A DNA stretch of 64,000 nucleotides, from positions 32,001 to 96,000 of the forward strand of contig CAWGVG010000022.1 in assembly GCA_963825865.1 (NCBI GenBank), given 5' to 3'. Every line of letters starts with the position of its first letter. The first letter of the stretch is position 1. Under the pieces are notes generated by a model. The model ran no database searches and was not told the DNA's origin. It worked only from the letters and a program-made list of their open reading frames with translations. Positions 46,882-57,708 of the stretch are shown here, piece after piece. The DNA is from an uncultured Nitrososphaeraceae archaeon. GTDB taxonomy: Archaea; Thermoproteota; Nitrososphaeria; Nitrososphaerales; Nitrososphaeraceae. The translations under genes and the position numbers were made by a program.

Positions 46882-47349
46882 CTATTTCACTACCATTACA
46901 GGACAATGTGCATAAGTTACGACATTTATAGCAACACTTCCAAGTAGTAATTTCTTAAAACCTGATCTTCCTCTTGTTCCAACAACGATCAGATCAACGT
47001 CTTTATCTTCAGCATAATCTACTATACCTCCTGCTGTATTTGTAGAAGCAATAATTTCTGTTTTTATCTGAATATTCTTTTCATTTGCTTTGAGTTTAAC
47101 TTTATCCAAATATTTCTGAGCTTCTTTGTTCATGTCTATTGTATAGTAAGCTGCTGTTGTCATTTCTCCAGTTGATCCAAATAAATCAGCGTCAGCTGGG
47201 TGTATAACATGCAAAGCATAAAGAAGTTCTGCATTATATTGTTCAGATATAGATACAGCATAATCTGCTGCATCCATTGACGCATCAGAGCCATCTATTG
47301 CAATTAATATTTTGGAGAATATTGTCTTTTGACTAGCAGCAGTTGACAT
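46882..47349 (-). CDS. Universal stress protein
   Basis: KILIAIDGS, DLIVVGTRGRSG...LLGSVA, CPVMVVK. Confidence 0.93.
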   Translation of the reverse strand: MSTAASQKTIFSKILIAIDGSDASMDAADYAVSISEQYNAELLYALHVIHPADADLFGSTGEMTTAAYYTIDMNKEAQKYLDKVKLKANEKNIQIKTEIIASTNTAGGIVDYAEDKDVDLIVVGTRGRSGFKKLLLGSVAINVVTYAHCPVMVVK

Positions 47350-47498
47350 ATATGTATGTACTTTTAGTTAAAAAAGAAGATCTATTAAAATTCATGTCTT
47401 AGAGTCATCATAGGTTCAGATCCTATCTCTTGTTGACATGCCATGAATATACTATATATATTATTAAAGAACTATTACTTCAATACCTTTGATCATAC

Positions 47499-48380
47499 AT
47501 GTATATGTCTGCTGATCAGAGACTAACCAAATTTACAAAAGAAGGTAAGGATTGGGAAAGGAAAGCTACCAGTATACCTGGCATATTCTTACTTAGGTTA
47601 CCTGGGCTAAGGTCAACTGCTCCTTCCTTTATACTTGGACCATTTTACGTACGCTGTTCTAGCACAAGAAATTACATGATAAGCTGTATAGATGACTGTT
47701 CAAGAAAAGTTGCTAGCAAGTGGTCTGAAAGAAAGAGGAGCATTGATGTTTTGAATGTACTAGAGGAGTGGATTATGGATAACGGAAAGCCCAGGAAAGT
47801 TATGCATGACAACGGTAAGCAGTTTACATCTAAACTATTCAAACACTTTCTATATAAGAATAACATAAAGGATAAACCAATTCCAAATTCATATCCACAG
47901 TTACAAGGAAAGATAGAAGCATATAACAAGATTGTAAAGAATGAGTTCTTGACAGTTGAAGAAATAACAAGTATTGATGATGGAAAACTAAGGTATGATA
48001 TGTTTGTCAAAGCATATAATGAAACTAGGGAACATGGTGGAATAAATGGTCTTACTCCTTCTGAAAGGTTTGTACAAAGGTTAATTAAATCTAAGACATA
48101 TACAAAAAGGAAGCAAGAAAGTGTAACCTATGTAGGTAATCAAAATTGTTACCCATCTGTGTAAGTACAACACTTAGCTATTAAAATAAATCCTGTTGAT
48201 TCGACTGGTTCTGTTACCAAGAAAAGAGGAGTTGTAATTAGGTCTAGTTATGAGCTAGCGCAAATTAATAAACTGCTTTCAAATCCAAAACTTCCTCAGT
48301 TAGCAAAAAGTATGGACGAAGTAAATCCTGAAGTAAAACGACTTACGGCTACAAAGGAATCAGATATTTTTGAGATCTAA
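47499..48380 (+). pseudogene. Hypothetical gene interrupted by an IS fragment
   Basis: 5' half ...LPGLRSTAPS (to ~47627) resumes as LAIKINPVD...DIFEI* after 48172. Confidence 0.75.
47630..48172 (+). mobile_element. IS481-like transposase (rve core), left end deleted
   Basis: IDDCSR, HDNGKQF, YPQLQGKIE, YN..REH..ING.TP; ends ...tacaaca. Confidence 0.85.
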
Positions 48381-48420
48381 TACTACTGGTAATAATTATA
48401 ATGATGACCAAGAAGTTAAT

Positions 48421-49012
48421 ATGGCTAAGCCATCAGACGTTCTTAGACGCCTTGAAAAGATGGCCAAAAATGAATTTGTTCCATCTATAGGCCCTGTCAA
48501 AGGTAGAATCATAACAGAAATTATCAAAAAATATAATCCAAAAAACATTCTTGAGGTTGGCACTTTGTATGGTTACTCTGCTATACTGATGGCTGCTGCT
48601 GCTGATATGCGTCATGCAGAGGGAAAAGTAGCAACTATAGAAATAGACCGATCAGTTGCAGATATCGCAAGAAAAAATATAGATGATGCTGGCCTTTCAG
48701 AGATAATAAATGTTATAGTTGGTAATGCTTTAGAGAGTAATTCCCAAGCTTGATTTGAAATTTGACTTGTTATTTTTAGATGCAGCCAAAGATGAATATT
48801 TGACATACCTGAAGTTAGCTGAAGACAAGGCTCTGAATAAAGGTGCTGTAATTGTTGCAGATAACGTAGAAGTCTCCAAAAATGAAATGCTAGATTATTT
48901 GGAGTATGTAAGGAGTTCTGGTGGAATATACAAAAGTGAAACTATCGAAACTACATTGGAGTTTACTCCAAATGTACGAGATGCAATAGAAGTAAGTATT
49001 AAGGTTACTTGA
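48421..49012 (+). CDS. Class I SAM-dependent O-methyltransferase; frameshift ~48735
   Basis: ILEVGTLYGYS, FDLLFLDAAKDEY, IVADN. Confidence 0.88.
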
Positions 49013-49059
49013 TGATGAAATAATATCTTCAGCATTTGTCCATGATACTAATAAGAGGT

Positions 49060-49710
49060 CTAAGGGCCGCTCCAGTCAAAAGGAATATACTTACTCGACC
49101 TGCCATTCCACTCCCATTTAAAGCCCATTGCATCCACCTCATCAGTTACAGCTTTTCCCCATGTTGCAACTGCTCCAGGTCCTACCTCGCTTCCAGGTGG
49201 GTTAAGTGTTATAACCCGTTTGCCAGTCGGAGTCATAGGTCCACTTAAGGCTTCAGCCTTCGCAACCACCTTTCCCGGTATCTCTGCGCTCCAATGACCA
49301 AGATCGTCTGCGACTTCGAATTTGATAGGAGCAAACTCTAGTCCACGGACCTCTCCTATCAGCTTGGCAAATTCGGCCATAAAGCCACCAGCCTTTCCGG
49401 TGAAAATCATCTGCAGAGCTTCTCGCTGTTGTTGATTGGCTAGCTCATCAAAGAATAAGCCAAGATTTATTTTTGTCTTTCCGTCACCTGCCCAGATATT
49501 ACCCGTAAAACTTCCCAGCCCTAATACGTTTAAACCATCTAGAGCTGTTTCACCATATTGTCCCTTATGTATATGGTATACAAGTACTGCATCGCAATCA
49601 CCAAAAGTCGGAGTCTGGGCGAACTCGCATGGACATGGTATGTTGCAGTTGCAGACGTCAAACCAACCTCCCGAAACCATCCACTTCGGTATATTAGTAG
49701 TAGTCGCCAT
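49060..49710 (-). CDS. DUF1326-domain protein
   Basis: CNC..PCPC..PT.G.C, DE.A...QREAL..IF.G..GG. Confidence 0.85.
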   Translation of the reverse strand: MATTTNIPKWMVSGGWFDVCNCNIPCPCEFAQTPTFGDCDAVLVYHIHKGQYGETALDGLNVLGLGSFTGNIWAGDGKTKINLGLFFDELANQQQREALQMIFTGKAGGFMAEFAKLIGEVRGLEFAPIKFEVADDLGHWSAEIPGKVVAKAEALSGPMTPTGKRVITLNPPGSEVGPGAVATWGKAVTDEVDAMGFKWEWNGRSSKYIPFDWSGP

Positions 49711-50744
49711 ATCGCTAAGTACCAGGATAACTATTTTAGCATTACATGTATTTTGATTTGGGTCTTTAAAAATGACCCCGGACCATATCTACCAAAACAA
49801 CCGACAAAGACCCTCAATATCTCTTCCTCAGGTAGGAGGCATGACTCTATCTACTACCATCTAGGGGCTCTTTTGCTTCAGGAAAAGTAACCATTTATCT
49901 ACTTTCTCGCCAATTGTTTTTGTCATTGAACATTTTCTCTTCTCTCCTTCCTCTTCTTGCATAGTCATTCATTCTATATCGGTTCATCAGCTGGCGGCTT
50001 TGCGCTTGAAGCGGCGTCTTTGGTGTTTCATTTTGATGACTAACCATGTTTCTGTCTACTACCATCCATATGCGATTGAATTAATAGAGCTATTTTCTTA
50101 TCTATGAATAATACTTGCAATATAGGATCAAACCATTTCTCCGTTTCTATGTTATTTATCCATTAGGCGTTTATCAGCCCAGTTTCAAAGTGATTTTATT
50201 TTACGAAAGATTTTGTAAGTAAATATGGATCTTGACAATTTGTTGGCTTCATGAATCTGTGTGCTAAAAATTGGATAGAAGTTCTTATGCTCGTTGACTG
50301 CCTAGGGAAAAGGGAGATCATTTGAAGGAGCGTTACCCGGAGCATTGCCTGAAGGAGAAATAACGGGTTTACTGCAAGATGGTGTTTGTCACATTTCCTA
50401 TCAGAGCACCACCACTAGGGGCGCTAGTATTAGAACTTGTACCGGGTTTGGTGAAGGTGCCTGTCGAGGCGGCACAGGAGCTTGCGTTCATGGTTGAGCT
50501 GATGCAGATGACGATGGCACAGAAGAAGCTCTAGCATTTGTTAAGATAGGAGTTGCGGCCATATTATTCTGTGCATTCTACTACATAGGTGCTCCCAAAT
50601 AATAGAGTTATTTCTATTGCAATACGGCGACACTTTCCAGACATGTCTGGGTAACTGAAACTGGACATTACGTGTTTTGACTTTCCTTTCCTCGTTTTGT
50701 CCTCACCTTTTCCATCTTGTTTGCAATTCTTTCTTACTCACACG

Positions 50745-50850
50745 ATTGCTGTCTCCTTTCAATATCTTGCACTCTTGCTGTCAAAACCATAAGCTGATCT
50801 GATAGCCGTGCTATGGCATCATCTTTAATCTTGTCACGATTTCTCAATGA
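50745..50850 (-). pseudogene. Possible C-terminal coiled-coil tail of a thaumarchaeal tyrosine integrase
   Basis: LRNRDKIKDDAIARLSDQLMVLTARVQDIERRQ; recognised by recall only, no catalytic residues seen. Confidence 0.35.
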
Positions 50851-51482
50851 TCTTCTGATAAATGCTGAATCTCAAGGAAATAGATCATTAAGCTTAAGTG
50901 TCTTAATACAATAAGACTTGACTCTTTAGTCCTTCATGGGTGACAAAATTGAGTCGAATTTGTTCTGAATCGGCAGCTGCCTTTCATGTACTGATAAAGA
51001 CCTGAATTATTTTATTTATCACTTTTTATCTTCACTGACAAGGTTACTGCTGCGTTTGCAGATTCTTGAATATGATCCCTAGATTCGGTTACAGACATTA
51101 TAAGTTTCATGTTTTCTGATTTTCTTCTAGTCACGTTCACATACGCTTCAAATCCTATCAACTTCTACTACTAGCAGAAGCAGGAAATTTAGGGCAGCGA
51201 TCTATCTATCTATTTATCTTTAAGACAACTTGAGACAAAAGGCCTATAATGCAGGTCTGGAAAAAAGCAACTCTCAAGCAGATTACCTAAAATCACAAGC
51301 AAACAACAAGCCATAAACTCGTTTTCAATGATAATCATCTTTCTATCATATACAGATAGAATATCTTCGCCATTTGATGTCAAGTCTCATCAATATGACT
51401 GAAACTGAGAGAATAGAGGATTCGGAAGTTCTACACTTTGCTTTCTCTGAATGAACGTTCAAGAAAATAAAATGTTAGAAAC

Positions 51483-51683
51483 TCAAGCCATTTGTCGTGG
51501 TGCTAACTGCGATGGTGGTTGAGTATTCAGAGCATTTGGAACGTTTGGATTTACATTTGGGGCTGCCGTACCACTACTTGTGTTAGGGCATGCTTGAGCT
51601 GATTGAATAGCAACACTACCTATCACTACAAACGCGCTTGCAAACACTAACGCTAGAGCAGCTATTAGAACTGTTTTATTCAT
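51483..51683 (-). CDS. Small secreted protein
   Basis: Signal peptide ending AQA-C, Pro/Asn-rich tail. Confidence 0.6.
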   Translation of the reverse strand: MNKTVLIAALALVFASAFVVIGSVAIQSAQACPNTSSGTAAPNVNPNVPNALNTQPPSQLAPRQMA

Positions 51684-51839
51684 TAGAAAATATCCTCGAT
51701 TATATTATATAAAGGATTTGGTGGTAAATAGGAAACTAATAAAGCCAAGCTAATATTGTTTTTGACTTTTATCGAGCCCAAATATCATGTCAAATTTGAT
51801 TCACATACTCTTGTGAATATGCAAATACCCATTGAGGGA

Positions 51840-52019
51840 TTAGTTTTGCTGTGATGATGATTCCAACATTTTTGCTTTATTAAAACACTCTTGGGCAGCC
51901 TTTTCTACGCCTAACCTAGAAAGACAATTACCTTTCTTTTTCCATGTATACGCGTCATTTGGATCTATCTCCAAGCAGTTATCATAACATTCTATAGCTT
52001 GTTTGTATTCGCCTAGCAT
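51840..52019 (-). pseudogene. TPR fragment
   Basis: MLGEYKQAIECYDNCLEIDPNDAYTWKKKGNCLSRLG. Confidence 0.7.
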
Positions 52020-52140
52020 GTTAAGTTATTGTCTTTTTCGTTCATAATATCATGCCACTTATCTGTCCTAACAAGACTTTGAAGGCATTATATACTATTC
52101 AATTTTGGAAAGTTTTACAGAGCTATGATTAAGATGCTTA

Positions 52141-52230
52141 TACTGATTTTGTTAGCTGAAGTAACGCCTCGCCGTAACGTGGTCTTATGAGTTCAAATAT
52201 GCTGCTTGACGCATCTGACGGCGCATTTGA
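52141..52230 (-). repeat. Left arm of a ~90-bp imperfect inverted repeat
   Basis: Reverse complement aligns ungapped to 56172-56261 (hand count 70/90 identical). Confidence 0.8.
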
Positions 52231-52257
52231 GCTAAAGCAATGTGTAGTTAGGTTTAA

Positions 52258-52563
52258 TCATGGAATAGAAATACCTACAGCCTTTAATTGATTGATTACG
52301 TAGCTCACCTCAGCTGCAGTAACTCTTGTTATCGTAGAATTCTTTCTATGCTGCAGCATTGCATTTACAAGTTGAGATATCATTTCTGCATCATAAAAAG
52401 CGTTAGATTCAGACAGTAATTCTGCCACTTTAGGTACATCGGTATTGCTAGTTATCTTTCCACTAGTTATTAGCCCGCCAAACTTCTGAACTGATTCATA
52501 TACTCCAATATTATATGCTATGAAAGCAATCTTTTCAGGAGGTAGAATATCAATAGACTCCAT
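52258..52563 (-). CDS. Hypothetical protein
   Basis: Clean 101 aa ORF with ATG start. Confidence 0.65.
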   Translation of the reverse strand: MESIDILPPEKIAFIAYNIGVYESVQKFGGLITSGKITSNTDVPKVAELLSESNAFYDAEMISQLVNAMLQHRKNSTITRVTAAEVSYVINQLKAVGISIP

Positions 52564-52671
52564 AATACATCTAACTGATAATAGTCTGTATCATCTATAC
52601 TTTATCCCGTTTTTCCCATAGTATAATCAATAAATACAAACTACATATTTTATACAAACTTACATGATATA

Positions 52672-52970
52672 ATGCCTTCCAAACTTCCTGATAGTGTTAA
52701 GTTACTAGTGGTACAACAATGGCTAACTGGTGCACAAAGGGATAAAATCGCAGCTGATAATGGCCTTAGCGTTGGAGCTGTAACAAAAAGTCAACGAATG
52801 GAGACATGCATTAGGTTTTTCTGCAGCAGACGAATTAAGGGAGCTGGCTGTTACATTAAAGAAAATTGGTATATCTGCTGCTCAATGTGCTCTAGGTTTC
52901 AGAACTGCAATGACGATGAATAGGTTAGGAGTAAAAGAGGATAACTTTGAACCATTTATGTCATCATTGT
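52672..52970 (+). pseudogene. 5' fragment of an HTH-starting multi-copy Nitrososphaeraceae-type protein
   Basis: VVQQWLTG..RDKIAADNGLSVGAVT, then a shifted frame ADELRELAVTLKKIGISAAQCALGFR; truncated. Confidence 0.55.
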
Positions 52971-52984
52971 CGCTGTTACCAAGA

Positions 52985-53310
52985 TTCCATTTCTTTATAA
53001 GCTGATTATTCGCAATTGTGAAAGAATCTTGCGACATGATATAGTCAGACTGATGGTTGAGTCTAAGGAAATAATACTTTCTATTAGGTGCGCCCAGATG
53101 GCTCTTTTCTTCATATGTTTTAAAAGCCTCCCTCTTCTAGCGCTTGTATGTGGCGCAATATGGATTGTTGGCCTATTCCTATCTCCTTTGCTAACTGGTT
53201 AAACTACATCGGTTCCTCTGAGAAGAGCTGAGAGTATTTTTCGCCGGGTTACGTTACCAAGAACATCTAAAATAAAATTAGGGTTTATTTTTTTGTTATT
53301 TTATCTGCAA
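52985..53310 (-). pseudogene. ArsR-like HTH regulator relic
   Basis: ILDVLGNVTRRKIL...EPM*FNQLAKEIGIGQQSILRH...APNRKYY with an in-frame stop. Confidence 0.65.
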
Positions 53311-53479
53311 TCATTACAAATGCGAAGTTAACTATGTTAAGTAACATTCAAAAGATAAATGAACGGGTTGAGTTTTAACTATTTGGGAGTGATTAGGTAA
53401 TATTATTAAATTCATAAGAAAAAGAATAAAAAATCCATTAACAACAGCAGCGGATGACAGCAGGAATAATGGTGGTAGT

Positions 53480-53749
53480 TTGAATTCTAAAGTAAAACAG
53501 ATTATTATTTTAGGCATAATCCTATCAGTAATCGGTATTGCTGGTGCGATTTATTACGGATTGCAATTTGTAAAAGAAGAAGTAAATGCAGGCGGGACGT
53601 TTCCCTATACTACGCCATCTCAAGTCAAAAACATATCACCTATAGACTTGGAAATAGTATTTGTCTTTGTCATGTTGGTAGGATTTGGAATAGTCACCTA
53701 TGGATTCGTTGAAAGAGTAGATAAACCATTTGATTCATATCCAACATAA
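53480..53749 (+). CDS. Small two-TM membrane protein
   Basis: Two hydrophobic segments. Confidence 0.6.
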   Translation: MNSKVKQIIILGIILSVIGIAGAIYYGLQFVKEEVNAGGTFPYTTPSQVKNISPIDLEIVFVFVMLVGFGIVTYGFVERVDKPFDSYPT

Positions 53750-54206
53750 ATATGCATTTCGTAATCACTTGTAGTTGCTGCGAGCACCAGAAACATAGAA
53801 TGACTAACCTTTTCTCATTGGTGATGATTTCTACTGAGCCACCTTAAATGTAGTTGTACCAGCAAGCTCTAATTCTTGTCATACGATATTTATCAATTAA
53901 ATTCTCTGCCAGTCTTAGAACTGATGAATAATTATCAATCTGTTTATATCTTCTTCTGTATCTTTTGCAGTTGCTAGCTTTGATATTTTTATACAATTCC
54001 TTTACATCTTTACTCCCATTTTTCCATACTGATTAAGCTATTTGTACCGCAATGCTCGGAGGTAATTTTTGCATAGCCTCTTCATTGAATTTTATATGGT
54101 AAAACATTTCTGTAAAGGTTCATAGCTTAATGACATAGAATGCAGACGAAATTAACAAATTGAAAAGAGCTGTAATGCGAGCTGCACAGATTCTTGTTCT
54201 TTCTAT

Positions 54207-54542
54207 CTAAATCGCCTCTTCATTTTCTGCACCTGATTCGATGTCAATTGCACGTGCAATTGGCCAGATAAAGATCTTTCCCATTTTTAGAATTTGCTCT
54301 TATGATATTGATTGTATCCTTTTCTTTATCGTCAGGTACGACCACTTCAAGTTTGTATTTGTCACCAAATTCGGGCGTGTACATTTCTGTTCCTTTAGAG
54401 GCGTGGAGTTTCTCTGCAATAGTCTTACCTCTGCCTTTGACTTTTAAATAGTAATGCCGCCAACGTTAATCTTTTTCAAAGCATCACTAATGCGTTTGAC
54501 GTCGTTTTGAGGAATTATTACAGCTATTTAGACAAGTAGCAT
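54207..54542 (-). pseudogene. P-II family nitrogen regulator pseudogene
   Basis: DALKKINVGGIT..KVKGRGK...YTPEF...LEVVVPD...GKIFI; in-frame TAA at codon 5 plus frameshifts. Confidence 0.78.
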
Positions 54543-55033
54543 ATCTTTTAATCTTTTATATTAAAAAATAGTGGTTTATTTGTAATAAAAATGAAAAACT
54601 ACTTATATTTACTTAGATGATACCAATTGATTGTTCATCGGTTGCTCCGGATGCTTCTTTTCTATCTTTATCTAATTAATTTTGTGATGATTGTCTCAAT
54701 CTAAAGATGCAACCTCTTAGCATTGAGCTGGGCTATTAACAGTCAGAAAGACAAGTCCAGTATAACAAGGATTGAAACTTTACTGACCCAGTATTAATGC
54801 AGAGTAAAAAAAGGTAGAAAGAGCTAACCCTGTATTATCGTGACAGATACGCATTGATCTAATAGTTGCGCAATAAGATTATCAGAAAGTCGATCTATTC
54901 GAATTGTCTTGAATCGTCAGGAATAAAATAATGTCTCATTTAATCACATAAAAATTGATAGATAGAAGATTTTTTCTAAATTAAGTATTTTAATATTTTT
55001 ATGTCGGGCGTAGAATCTCTAATATATAGTAGT

Positions 55034-55592
55034 ATGTATCCACAGAAGTCTCCTGGCTGGCTTAGGGCTGTACAAATAGGTTTAGGAATTCTAACTATCG
55101 CTCTATCTATATTCGCTCTGGCATTTCCAGGCGCACCTATATTTCAGATTATTTGGTTACTTGCATAGTATTATTCTTTGTTGGAATAGAAGAAATTATC
55201 GTTGGGATATTTTCACCTAGAAAGTCCAGATGGTCAATCTATAGGACTTGGGATACTTGTTCTTATTTTTGCAGGTATAGCAATGTCTTTCCCTGTTGCA
55301 GCAGCTATAACTATAATTATATTCATTGGTATTGCTTTTCTGATTAATGGTATTGCTAGAATAATAGAAGGGTTCTCAGGTAAGCATTCTGGTATATCAC
55401 GAGCATTTCTGATCGGAGTAGGAATCTCTGGCTGTAGTACTTTCCGTTGCTGTGCTGGTATCTCCATTTTTTGGTGCAAGACTAGCAGGAACCATAATTG
55501 GAATAGGTCTTCTTGTAACTGGAATCCAAATGATTTTCGCAGGAATTCAAGGAAGACGTGCACAAACCGCCGGCAGCGATATTACCAGATGA
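55034..55592 (+). CDS. HdeD/DUF308-family membrane protein, frameshifted
   Basis: KSPGWLRAVQIGLG, repeated Gly-rich TM pairs, GIARII.G. Confidence 0.75.
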
Positions 55593-55769
55593 ATAAATTT
55601 TAATAGCTCAGAACAGCATTACGAGTAGACCAGTTCTTGCCAGAAATGTATATTATATCATTTATATCTTTTTTACCAACTGAACTATTTTTTGAATAAG
55701 TCCTAAAGTGGAGCCAGTATGATAGCATGTAGATAATATCAAAGTACATCTGAATTTGGGCAGAGCTCC

Positions 55770-56155
55770 TACTATAGAATTTCTTCCTAGCCCAATTGAT
55801 GGAGACAGCCCCTGGCAACTATACGGGTTGCTGCTGAACGAATGCAATGAGGCAGGCTAGAAAACTAGAGCAGACTTTAGGCATTGAAATCTGCAGACTC
55901 GATATAGAAACAGGTGCAGAATGGGTAGTTTACGACCCAATAGCTAAGCTTATCTGTGAATACAATGGTCAGATAACAGTAGACGGGTTAGCAAAGATTA
56001 ATGCTTCAAAGCCTTCTCGTAGAGGTGAAATAGATTACTTTGACCCAAGGTTTGCTGCAGAATATATCACTATTAGCTCTGTTAGAGTCTGTATGAAAAA
56101 ACTGCACAATGGTTCATTTATTCATCGTCAAATAATGCGTCAAATGAGTCAATAA
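55770..56155 (+). pseudogene. Hypothetical protein fragment running into a repeat array
   Basis: RLDIETGAEWVVYDPIA...FDPRFAAEYI; the tail is translated repeat DNA. Confidence 0.45.
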
Positions 56156-56261
56156 GCAGTCAAATAGCTCGTCAAATACGCCGTCAGATCAGTCAAATAG
56201 CATATTTGAACTCAAAAGACCGTATAACGACATGGTGTTACGCCAGATAACAAATCCAATA
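56126..56261 (+). repeat. Right inverted-repeat arm plus about seven GTCAAAT-like units at 9-12 bp spacing
   Basis: cgtcaaataatgcgtcaaatgagtcaataagcagtcaaatagctcgtcaaatacgccgtcagatcagtcaaatag. Confidence 0.8.
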
Positions 56262-56277
56262 CCAGAATGCCAAAAAA

Positions 56278-56472
56278 ATGACATTGAGCCTAAACTGCAA
56301 AGATGCAGGAGATCCTGTTTGCACCCATACAATGTACGGAGAGACTGAAGAAGAACTGTTGCAAAATGCCAAAAAACATGGTATTGAGGTCCATGGATAT
56401 ACAGAAGAGTCATGGAATGAAGAGGTTTCTAAGAACAAAGATCATTTGAGTAAACTTATAAAAAGAACATAA
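56278..56472 (+). CDS. DUF1059-like small metal-binding protein
   Basis: CKDAGDPVC...GETEEELLQNAKKHG..VHG; followed by a T-rich terminator-like tract. Confidence 0.8.
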   Translation: MTLSLNCKDAGDPVCTHTMYGETEEELLQNAKKHGIEVHGYTEESWNEEVSKNKDHLSKLIKRT

Positions 56473-56749
56473 AATTTCCTCACCCTCTTCTTTTTTATTC
56501 AAAGTGATTATCATAATGCCTTATCATCAATATTGGCTAACTTACCATAGAGTTCAGTTATAGCGAATCTGTTTTCTAATAATCGGTGAAGACGTTAACC
56601 TCTTGCCACTCGTAATTACCCATAAGAGACAAATGCAAGTATCCAAAAAATGTTACTGATCTCCTGACGATATAGATTCTCATTTGGAATCGATTGATTA
56701 TTGCAATGTTTATTTATTTCTGTAACTTTCCAGAATAAGCCTAATAATA

Positions 56750-57238
56750 ATGAAAAAAGGATTGCAGAAGAAAAGACGAGTAATAACTGCTATTGTCGGT
56801 ATATCTATAATTTCGATTGTCATATATTTAATTGTCATTCTACAATTACAAAATATTAGAAGTCAATCGTTTATAGAATCGTTTGAAAGCCTAGTTTCCA
56901 AAGCGCATATGCTTACACAAAGCTACCAAAGAGAGGTTGGAAAATGGCAGGCAAAACTCTATGACAACAAAACTATGATTTCAATTACAAATGATTATTT
57001 GCCAAAGTATAAACTCTTAGTTAATGAATCTAAAACACTTAGTCCTCCTACCAAACAACATCAAAACGCTGTAGAGTTATATACAAAGAGCATTGAGGCG
57101 GAATTAGAGAGCAATATCGATTTTCTCAATTACTTATCCACGGGTAATTTGGCGAAAAATGAAACCTCTTCCAGATTATTATCAGATGCTTTAAGATATG
57201 AAACTGATTCATTTGCTGCTTTTAAATCAGCCAGATAA
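56750..57238 (+). CDS. Membrane-anchored hypothetical protein
   Basis: Basic N-terminus, single TM segment, helical ectodomain. Confidence 0.7.
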   Translation: MKKGLQKKRRVITAIVGISIISIVIYLIVILQLQNIRSQSFIESFESLVSKAHMLTQSYQREVGKWQAKLYDNKTMISITNDYLPKYKLLVNESKTLSPPTKQHQNAVELYTKSIEAELESNIDFLNYLSTGNLAKNETSSRLLSDALRYETDSFAAFKSAR

Positions 57239-57708
57239 TAAAGTCGAGTTATCTTCGTTCTTTGTATTGCCTATTGTCTGGATTACAACAACAAATCGTT
57301 GCCTGCAGAATTTTCGATAGCACTGAAACATCAAATTCCCATAATAAGATGGATCACAGTTAGGAAGGTAATCAGACATTAGCATAACGGATTTCATATC
57401 GTGTAGGTTTGTCATATTACTATAGCAAATGCGATAGTTGAACTGTAATAACTATTGATTACAGGTGATACTCCAAAAATATGGGTGATAGATTCATCAA
57501 AGATGGCAGATTCAAACCTGAAAGGTAAATATGAAAGGTAAATAGATAATGAATCGAATGTGGGCTTATCAGTGTGTGAGTAAATAGATACAATAACTGC
57601 AACAATTCATATGTGTAAGAGTATTCCTCATAATCAGAGTAGATACAATACCTATCAATATAATATAGTTTATATTAATTATAATGGCGCCTCGATACAC
57701 AGAATACC

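Noticed and set aside
50280-50600. GC-richer Pro/Ser-rich minus-strand coding trace
   Set aside because: Interrupted by stops and not assignable to a family.
52180-52205. GAGTTCAAAT as a tRNA T-loop or att site
   Set aside because: Flanks do not form a T-stem or acceptor stem.
56126-56200. GTCAAAT array as a CRISPR
   Set aside because: Units are ~7 bp with 2-5 bp gaps; no 25-40 bp repeats with unique spacers and no cas genes.
57520-57545. Short tandem duplications (13 bp here; 12 bp at ~29247)
   Set aside because: Only two copies each; likely slippage.
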